Source of the DNA: an uncultured bacterium
GTDB lineage: Bacteria; CSSED10-310; CAZUFC01
Assembly (NCBI GenBank): GCA_964619725.1
Contig: CAZUFC010000032.1
Location: forward strand, 1 to 64,000
Direction: 5' to 3'
Length of the DNA stretch: 64,000 nucleotides
A program made the position numbers and the translations under genes. How positions within the stretch are numbered: the stretch's first letter is position 1; every line of letters begins with the position of its first letter. This document shows positions 56,760 through 64,000 of this stretch, piece by piece. The notes under the pieces are model-generated. The model was not told the DNA's origin and did no database searches. It saw only the letters and a list, made by a program, of their open reading frames with translations.

Positions 56760-59700
56760 TTAGTCCTGTTCCCTTTTTTTAACTTTCAAGACTGCGGATT
56801 TTTTTATAATCGATCCGTCTTTCAGTTTCGTGGTGACGGTAATAGTGTGTTCTCCGGTTTCCCAATCATGATCGGGGAAGTATCTGGCAGCGTTGGGATT
56901 GTAAACGAGTTTATCCGTAACATCCTGTTCGTCGACGAAAAGGGTCATGCTTTCAGGTTTGCGTTTGAAATAGACGGCTACGGCCTGCCGGACATCCACG
57001 GTTTCGCTTCCGTCCTCTGGTATTATACTTAAATCTTCTTCCTTGATCGTGGGTTTGGGAATATTCCAGGTGAGTTCTTTCGAACCTGATTTTTCACCTT
57101 CGAACCATTTCACCGTCAATTTGTATTTGCCTGGCGCACGGTTTCCAGTCTTCAGAAGCCGGTGAAATGTCGCCGGATATTCTTCAGAGGGCTGCAGGGA
57201 CAATCTCTCATCTTTATCTTCGATTAAAACGACAGCGATCCGTTCGTCAACAGGCTTTTGAAACTGGACGAAAATCTCCGCATCGCCTCTATCCCCGGCG
57301 GGTTTCAATTTCACTTCGGGCTCAATCTTTTCCGGTTCCATATCAGGCGTTACGGGCGGCATTATGGGTTCAGCGGAAAGAAAAAAATCGGCTTTCGCTG
57401 TTCTGGCGGACTTTGATTTTTCACCTTTTCGCAACAGCTCAATTTTCTCACTTCGCTCCAGGCTTTCCTCCCCGTCAGTTCTCTCAGCCAACTCACCGGG
57501 AACGCTCCAGCCCTGACCGTAAATCCAGAAAACCCGGTTTCCCGGATCATTTATGGTTATCTTTTCAGAAGCGGTCGGCGTGGTGGAATCTGCTATTTTT
57601 TCATCCATTCCGTCGATGCTGAGATTACCGTTTTTGTCCTGGAAAAGGAATAGGTCAAGATCGAGTCCTTTTGTTTTCCCGTAGGTTGTGATCTGGAAAA
57701 AGCGTTCGTTCTGCGGGAGGGAAAAAGGACCGAGCATGAAAGATGATTCAGGCAAGGGAGTATCCGGGTCATCCTGTTTAATCTCGTAGTTTTCGTATTT
57801 CATAGCCGGTTGAAGAGTCGAATTTTCCGGTTGCTTCTCAGTTTTTTCTTCGACAGGAAGATCGATTTCGACGACCGCACCTGTTCGACAGCCGCCGGGA
57901 ACCGACAAAACATAATAATCTTCTGCAGAAAAAGGAATGACGCCTTCCCTGCCGACTGCGGTAAATTCATGATCCCTTATTTCCACGAGGGGCAGGGTTC
58001 TCAAATAGTGTTTGTACCATCTGGTTCCGCTGTACCCCGTTTTATCATAAAAGGTCGAATGAACCGAGCCTCTGCGGCATGTATTAAAATTCGGCGGCCT
58101 CAGATGAGCTCTTTTTACCTTGAACTTCATCCTCGGACCGCTGAAGTCGTCCATTTCAAAACTTGTTTCAATCACGTCAGGTTTGACAGGGACCGAACCC
58201 GGGAGTTCGAGCAGCAGTTCCCGGAACTCTCCTTCTTCCAGGTAAAAATCAGTTATACCGGTCATCCCTGCAGATGAGACGACTTCAAAAGTGTAACCTC
58301 CGTTTATCTGTTCTCCCATCTTCAGAAGACATTTACCCTGAACATCCGTATAATCGATCATGGCGATATCACGGCTGTTCCTGTTCTGCGATCTTACGAC
58401 GATCATGGCTGCTTCGACCGGTCTTTTTTCGTTGTCCGTAACGGTTATTTCCACAGTTCCGACGTCGGTGTAACCTTTTCCCGTTTTCGTATAGTCGCTT
58501 CCCGGAGGATTGAGGACCTCATCGGTTGCAGGGAAAAACGCGCCGTCGCCCCTCTGCCTTACCACGATGGAAACAGGCGCCGAATGGTCTATTTTTTCTC
58601 TCCACCCCCAGTTATGACCGACATCAGCCGGCTGAAAATTAATATCGAGATGATGCCATTCGCCGTCCATCCACCATTCATTCCACGCATGGTCTTCACC
58701 TCCGGCATGAACGTATGAGGTGGGAACAAGGATGGACCGAAGCGCTGCAGCGGCCAGAGTGGCCTGCTCTCCGCATGAGCCGTAATGCTTGGCATATATT
58801 ACTAAAGGTTGAAGATCGGCCGTCGTGTACCCGAAATCCATAAATCCGTGCATAGCGTTTCTGTTGGCCCAGTCATTGAAAGAATAGAGCGCCTCCCGCA
58901 AAGTTTTGCAGTTTTCCACAAAATCCAGAAGCGACGATCCGTAACGCCTGTCATAGGGCAGCATGGAACGCCAGAATTCGGCCTCCGCGGACGGGCGATA
59001 CAAATCGAATCCCGGATCGTGCTGCCTCCAGTCTTCAACCTCCATACCGTAATGCTCCGGCTCGCGATCCCAGAATGATATGTTTACTTTCGCCGGTATC
59101 TCATAAAGCGTTATCGGATGAACAACCCACCAGTAGTAGATTGAAGAAGGCATTTCCTGCCATTCTCCATCGTCAGCCGCATACTCCAGCGTCGTCACAG
59201 AATTCTTTTTATCTTCCTTTATTCTTATGTAATCCAGTTTGTCCGCTATGCGGTAAATTTCTCTGGCGTTGTCCAAAAGAATGCCGGCGCTTTCAAGACG
59301 CGCCATTGTTCTGAGCTTTTCGGTAGGAATATTGACCACGGTAAAAACCACTTCATCCAGCAATTCTTCAGGAGCTCGCAAAATAACATCACAGTAGGAT
59401 TCTACGCTTTTTTGATCCGAAGGTATTCTGAATTCTGTCCACTCGCGGTAATACCTTTCGTAATAATCGTCCGGTTTCGCCGCCGCCCTGGTCGGAATGA
59501 ATTCCCACGGTGAAGAGGAAAGCCATAAACCTTCTTTTTCCTCATATTGGCCGATACGGCCGTCGCGGTCTCCGATAATCATGCATTCTTTTCCGTCGAC
59601 AGTGACCCACGCCGGGGCCGCATATTGACGTAAAGGTCTGTATTTTATCGGCTCCATCGTCTCAAGCCATTCCGGTCCTTCAAACACCTTTAATTCGCCC

Positions 59701-60839
59701 GATGCAGTCCCTGCTATCAGATCATCCTCACCGTCCCTGTCGACATCGTAAAATCTCACAGCGACGGACCGACCCGTATAACGATCAGCCTCTTCGTTCT
59801 CTCCTTGAAACGGCGGGTCCCATTGCCGCTGTTCGCCCACCCGCCATCCGTCCTTTTCCTCTATGCCTTGAAACCAAAAAATCTCACCTGTATCAGCGCT
59901 CACAACCAGGTCCTCCGTGCCGTCTCCGTCAACATCATGAAAACACGGGACTGCATAATCCCCCACATCTATTTCCTCAATGCCGCCGCCGGAAACGGCG
60001 TTCTCCCGAATTATCCAGCCTAAAGAACCGTCACGATATCCTGTCAGGACCTCGAACCGTCCGTCGCCGTCAAGATCGGCAGCCGCCGGTGCAGGATTCA
60101 ATCCGCCTGACTTCAAATTCTCGTCTTCCCCTGCTGCAGGCTCCCCTGACTTCAAAATTTGAAATGCACGGATGTCTCCGGTTTGATCTCCCACTATTAC
60201 CGAACCCTCACCATAGCCATAAGGAACGGCACAATAATCAACCCGTAGCGGTTCGGTATCTGTTCTTACCCTGCTGAAATCGACGAATTCTCCGCATAAT
60301 TTCTCGCGATATGATAAACGGCCTTCCCCGTTCAGCTTATACTGACGTCGCCCTTCTTCCAGCGGCTCACGATCCGGCATGTAACGGCGGTTATCAAAAT
60401 TTTCGAAATCTACCGCCTCCGGCAAATCAACCCGCCTTCCGTCAACTTCCCGATACGCCTCTGTTTCGCCGCTTTCCCGCTTTAATATCAAACAAATCTT
60501 ATTTTTTTCCGAAATGCCTGCGAATGCAAAATCCGTATACTTGCCGTCAGGCATCACGTCATAAAGCAAATCAACTAATCTTTCACGCAGTTCGCGCCTC
60601 AACCGCTCAGGACACCGCATCAAAGCGTCTAAAGCCCTGTCAGGCAACAACTCAAGCCTGTCCGGCGGCGACAATATCTCCCAGGCCGTCGCCTCACTAT
60701 TCCACTTCACCATCAATTCTTCTCCGGGAGGTATCTCCAACTCCCGAACCATACTGCCGGCTTCTCCGATATTGAATAAAGTCAAATAAAATAAAAAGAA
60801 AAATTGAAAAATAATCAGCAGACAGCCATTACACCTCAT
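56760..60839 (-). CDS. Large secreted protein with FG-GAP repeats and a transglutaminase-like (Cys-His-Asp) domain
   Basis: Signal-like N-terminus; ADLDGDG, DVDGDG, DVDRDG repeats; YGSCGEQA...EDHAWNEWW...WHHLD; PPC-like (DLDLFL) and Ig-like C-terminal domains. Confidence 0.82.
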   Translation of the reverse strand: MRCNGCLLIIFQFFFLFYLTLFNIGEAGSMVRELEIPPGEELMVKWNSEATAWEILSPPDRLELLPDRALDALMRCPERLRRELRERLVDLLYDVMPDGKYTDFAFAGISEKNKICLILKRESGETEAYREVDGRRVDLPEAVDFENFDNRRYMPDREPLEEGRRQYKLNGEGRLSYREKLCGEFVDFSRVRTDTEPLRVDYCAVPYGYGEGSVIVGDQTGDIRAFQILKSGEPAAGEDENLKSGGLNPAPAAADLDGDGRFEVLTGYRDGSLGWIIRENAVSGGGIEEIDVGDYAVPCFHDVDGDGTEDLVVSADTGEIFWFQGIEEKDGWRVGEQRQWDPPFQGENEEADRYTGRSVAVRFYDVDRDGEDDLIAGTASGELKVFEGPEWLETMEPIKYRPLRQYAAPAWVTVDGKECMIIGDRDGRIGQYEEKEGLWLSSSPWEFIPTRAAAKPDDYYERYYREWTEFRIPSDQKSVESYCDVILRAPEELLDEVVFTVVNIPTEKLRTMARLESAGILLDNAREIYRIADKLDYIRIKEDKKNSVTTLEYAADDGEWQEMPSSIYYWWVVHPITLYEIPAKVNISFWDREPEHYGMEVEDWRQHDPGFDLYRPSAEAEFWRSMLPYDRRYGSSLLDFVENCKTLREALYSFNDWANRNAMHGFMDFGYTTADLQPLVIYAKHYGSCGEQATLAAAALRSILVPTSYVHAGGEDHAWNEWWMDGEWHHLDINFQPADVGHNWGWREKIDHSAPVSIVVRQRGDGAFFPATDEVLNPPGSDYTKTGKGYTDVGTVEITVTDNEKRPVEAAMIVVRSQNRNSRDIAMIDYTDVQGKCLLKMGEQINGGYTFEVVSSAGMTGITDFYLEEGEFRELLLELPGSVPVKPDVIETSFEMDDFSGPRMKFKVKRAHLRPPNFNTCRRGSVHSTFYDKTGYSGTRWYKHYLRTLPLVEIRDHEFTAVGREGVIPFSAEDYYVLSVPGGCRTGAVVEIDLPVEEKTEKQPENSTLQPAMKYENYEIKQDDPDTPLPESSFMLGPFSLPQNERFFQITTYGKTKGLDLDLFLFQDKNGNLSIDGMDEKIADSTTPTASEKITINDPGNRVFWIYGQGWSVPGELAERTDGEESLERSEKIELLRKGEKSKSARTAKADFFLSAEPIMPPVTPDMEPEKIEPEVKLKPAGDRGDAEIFVQFQKPVDERIAVVLIEDKDERLSLQPSEEYPATFHRLLKTGNRAPGKYKLTVKWFEGEKSGSKELTWNIPKPTIKEEDLSIIPEDGSETVDVRQAVAVYFKRKPESMTLFVDEQDVTDKLVYNPNAARYFPDHDWETGEHTITVTTKLKDGSIIKKSAVLKVKKREQD

Positions 60840-60999
60840 AAAAAAGCTCCTTATTATTTTCTCATCAAAATCAGATCAAATCTGTTATGTATCCTTCAAA
60901 AAAAGCCGCACTTCGACCGGCTTCAAAGGCTCCTCATCACAAAACGAAACCTTCCGCCCAAACATTATCCCATCCAATCTTCCCCTCTTACTCCTCCGT

Positions 61000-61704
61000 T
61001 CACTTGAAATCTTTCAGGCGCTTATACAGGGCAAAAAGTTCTTTGAAGGCTTTGACGATGACCTTTGGATCAGCGCCTGTCTGTTTGCCTTCCTGTCGAG
61101 GCAGATGAGTTACCGGAAGCTCCTTGATCCTCATATTCCGGCGATGCGCTTTAACCCAGATTTCATGGTTAATCATGGCTCCTTCCGATTCGATGGTTAT
61201 CGAATCCAGGAATGATTTGCGGAAAAACCGGAATGCGCAGTTCACATCTTTGACTTTTATGCCCAGAACGACTCTTCCTATCAAATTCCATCCGGCGCTG
61301 TTGAGTTTCCGCATGAAAGGGTCCTGACGATTCTCTCTGTATCCTGTGACGATATCGTAATCGTCAAGATAAGGGACCAGTTTTTCCATTTCGTTCATAT
61401 CGAACTGTCGATCGCCGTCGGTAAAGAATATCCATTCGTATCGCCCGGCATTCAATCCCGTCTTCAATGCATGTCCGTACCCTTTATTCGGATACTGATT
61501 GACGACGCGAACGACGTCGGGATATTTCTGAGCATAAGATTCCGCGATTTCTTTGGTTTTGTCCTTGCTGCCGTCATTCGACACGATCACTTCATAACGG
61601 CCGGCTATCTTCTCAAGGACCGACAGGCTGTCTTCGATCATCTTGCCGACATTTTTTTCTTCGTTATAACAGGGAAACGTTACTGAAATATTTGGTTTTT
61701 CCAT
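61000..61704 (-). CDS. GT2 polyprenol-phosphate glycosyltransferase (DPM1-like, soluble)
   Basis: FPCYNEE, NDGSKDKT, NKGYGHAL, FTDGDRQFD, DVNCAFR. Confidence 0.9.
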   Translation of the reverse strand: MEKPNISVTFPCYNEEKNVGKMIEDSLSVLEKIAGRYEVIVSNDGSKDKTKEIAESYAQKYPDVVRVVNQYPNKGYGHALKTGLNAGRYEWIFFTDGDRQFDMNEMEKLVPYLDDYDIVTGYRENRQDPFMRKLNSAGWNLIGRVVLGIKVKDVNCAFRFFRKSFLDSITIESEGAMINHEIWVKAHRRNMRIKELPVTHLPRQEGKQTGADPKVIVKAFKELFALYKRLKDFK

Positions 61705-61992
61705 AGTCCTGAATCTTCTTTAATAGGGTTAATAATAAAACATAAAAAATCGCTCATCTTCCCTCGGTTGTCAGTTTGAATGAGCGAACCTCCGATTCCG
61801 GTCATCGCTGAAAAAGATTCAGCATTCCGAACGAATTACTGATTATAAAAGCAGTCTTTTTAAAAATCAACGTAAGGTCATTCCTGACAGGAGCTGACTG
61901 ACGGCAGTCCGCCTTTGATCTTGACAACAATAACTTGCAACGTTATATTTAAGAGGATCGTTTTTTGTTTTATCATTGTTCGGGAGAATCCA

Positions 61993-62670
61993 ATGAGCGA
62001 AGAAAAGAAATCCCTTGAAGCAAATGAAGAAAAGAAAGCAAAAGAAACAACGGGCGATACGGAAGAAAGAGAAGCAGGAACGCTGGTACGTGTTCTGCCT
62101 TTTTTGATCGGAGCTGTCGTCATCGCATATTTTGTTTTTCGCATTTTAACCTTCGTCAATGAGCCTTCGGGAATAGACGATCAGGACCTGGATGCCTTCT
62201 TTTCCGATACGGGAACGACGGAGGAAAGGCAGAACGCGCCGGAAACGGCAATTAATAATGAACAGGCAACGGATTCTCAGCCTATGGACCAATCGACGAA
62301 TCCTCAGGCCGCAGCGAGAATCAATTACGACGAGCTGGTCGATGATGCTGATTTTCACATTAACATGGGTCTTGCCTATCTCAATCAAGGGCTCTACGAA
62401 CAATCCATCTTTGAAAACAAACAGGCCATTCGAATCGTTCCCGAATACGGTTCGGCCTACAATAACCTGGGTTACGCCAATTACCTGATGGGAAAATATG
62501 ACGAGGCCATAAAATGGTATGAAGACGGATTGAAAGTAGAACCGGATTCGCTGCATTTAAGAGGTAATATCGAGTATTGTCTGCAGGAAGCCCTTAAAAA
62601 AACTGAAGACCCTGAAAAAAGACAGGTTTACCAGGAAAAATTGAACAGCCTTCAAGCAGGCCGGCCCTAA
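61993..62670 (+). CDS. Membrane-anchored TPR protein
   Basis: Single TM (VLPFLIGAVVIAYFVF), acidic linker, TPRs (HINMGLAYL, AYNNLGYA); ATG 61993 after GGAG. Confidence 0.82.
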   Translation: MSEEKKSLEANEEKKAKETTGDTEEREAGTLVRVLPFLIGAVVIAYFVFRILTFVNEPSGIDDQDLDAFFSDTGTTEERQNAPETAINNEQATDSQPMDQSTNPQAAARINYDELVDDADFHINMGLAYLNQGLYEQSIFENKQAIRIVPEYGSAYNNLGYANYLMGKYDEAIKWYEDGLKVEPDSLHLRGNIEYCLQEALKKTEDPEKRQVYQEKLNSLQAGRP

Positions 62671-62742
62671 AACGCCCTGCCTATCGTGCCGCTGATCCGC
62701 TCCGAATCTTCACTTCCCGTCATAATTCGCTACATTAGCCTC

Positions 62743-64000
62743 ATGAAACGGACAAGGTTTCATTTATTCTTACTGGTTTTATCAATATTTTTAAATTTCA
62801 TATTTTTTCATCCTGAAATCGCCTTTTTTTCATACGACCTCAACGATCACGTCCTCCATTACGCTTTAAGCAGCAACGCTTTAAAAGCCCTGAACAGAGG
62901 CGATAATCCCGTTGATTTCTGGATGTCGATCTGGACGATGGGACTGCCGGTTTTCCGTTATTATCAGTTCCTTCCCCATCTTGCCGTTGCGGGAAGCTAT
63001 CTTTTTTTCGGAGGAGCGGTCCCGCTGGTGTGGGTGTTCAAGTCATATCATTATCTGCTTCTCTGTCTCTTCCCCTTGTCTGCTTATATCGGGCTGAAAT
63101 GGACGGGATTTTCCAGGTTCGCGGCCGCTGCGGGAGGAGCGTCCGCTTCATTGATCTCATGCCTTCCTGATGCACTGTTCGGATTTGAATGGGCTAGTTA
63201 TTCCTTCAGCGGTTATGGATTGTACAGTCAATTATTTGCGATGTTTTTCCTGCTCCCGGCCGCCGGGGCGCTCAGTCGTTTCATTCGCAAGGGAGAAATG
63301 CCCCTAGCGACGATATTGCTGAGCATGGCCTGCTTTTTGTCGCAAATAATCTATGGATATATTCTGGGAGTTACCGCCCTGCTTCTGACCCTTTTTACTC
63401 CAGGACCGGGCGGCCTGCTGAAAGCCTTGAAACGCCTGTTGCTCCTGGGCGTCTGCATGGGAATTCTGCTCTCTTTTTTTATCGCTCCTTTCATGACGGA
63501 AAAGCAATTGCTGGCCAGAAGCGTCTGGGAACATCAATGGAAATGGGACTCCTACGGTCACCGTAAAATATTGAACTTACTCATGACCGGACAGCTCCTG
63601 GACGGAGAGCGACTCCCCGTCCTGACGATTGCGGCAACACTGGGGTTCCTGATCGCCCTCATAAGACGCAAATCATATGATCTTATAGCTGTCACATTGT
63701 TTACAGCCTGGTTGCTGATATACTTCGGACGACCAACCTGGGGACCTTTGCTTAAATTATTCCCCCTATCCCACAGCATACCCTGGCATCGCTTCATCGC
63801 AGGCGTTCATATGAGCAGCCTGCTGCTTATAGGTTCATGCATTGCAGGCATCAGTCGTCTGTTTCGATACGAAAAATACTTCCTGACGAGGTTCCTGATG
63901 TTTCTTGCTGTCGTCTGCCTCCTCGCCCCCTGCTGGATCAGTCAATACGAATACATGAAAAAACCGGAAGGGAACCTGATCTCAAACCGGAATTACATTA
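62743..64000 (+). CDS. Polytopic GT-C-like membrane protein (YfhO / PTPS-related family), truncated at window end
   Basis: Not in the ORF track because it has no stop. Translates MKRTRFHLFLLVLSIFLNFIFFHPE...DLNDHVLHY...DFWMSIWTMGLPVFRYYQFLPHL, the D-x3-H and W-x3-W-x2-G-x-P-x-F-x-YY pattern, followed by hydrophobic segments. Confidence 0.75.
   Translation, partial: MKRTRFHLFLLVLSIFLNFIFFHPEIAFFSYDLNDHVLHYALSSNALKALNRGDNPVDFWMSIWTMGLPVFRYYQFLPHLAVAGSYLFFGGAVPLVWVFKSYHYLLLCLFPLSAYIGLKWTGFSRFAAAAGGASASLISCLPDALFGFEWASYSFSGYGLYSQLFAMFFLLPAAGALSRFIRKGEMPLATILLSMACFLSQIIYGYILGVTALLLTLFTPGPGGLLKALKRLLLLGVCMGILLSFFIAPFMTEKQLLARSVWEHQWKWDSYGHRKILNLLMTGQLLDGERLPVLTIAATLGFLIALIRRKSYDLIAVTLFTAWLLIYFGRPTWGPLLKLFPLSHSIPWHRFIAGVHMSSLLLIGSCIAGISRLFRYEKYFLTRFLMFLAVVCLLAPCWISQYEYMKKPEGNLISNRNYI

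Overview
A gene-dense bacterial window (diderm envelope genes, probably an uncultured lineage; taxonomy cannot be fixed from sequence alone). Left to right: clpC; a three-gene minus-strand cluster (PaaK/CapK-like adenylating ligase, a urea-transporter-fold protein split by TPR repeats, an apparently nuclease-less N6-adenine DNA methyltransferase); an atypical HU/IHF; a NUDIX hydrolase; a large beta-helix surface protein with an IPTL-CTERM-like tail; a ~28.6 kb Wzx/Wzy-type polysaccharide locus (15932-44530) with many tailoring enzymes and a CapD/PglF dehydratase fused to an intact response-regulator receiver domain; mgtE; a yjbQ-hspR-sigma factor cassette; FG-GAP proteins (one with a transglutaminase-like triad); a four-domain S1 protein; and a GT2/TPR/GT-C glycosylation module truncated at the right edge. 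Intergenic regions carry a nested, MITE/REPIN-like repeat family with variable RTCGNN hexamer arrays. The most striking unannotated signal is at 48725-49432: two divergently transcribed, homologous C-rich non-coding RNA candidates, each with a consensus-like sigma70 promoter and a 3' hairpin of conserved base but different upper stem, plus a complementary site at the predicted 5' end of a nearby mRNA. No tRNA, rRNA, CRISPR array or transposase was recognised. All calls come from motif reading by eye; no searches were run.
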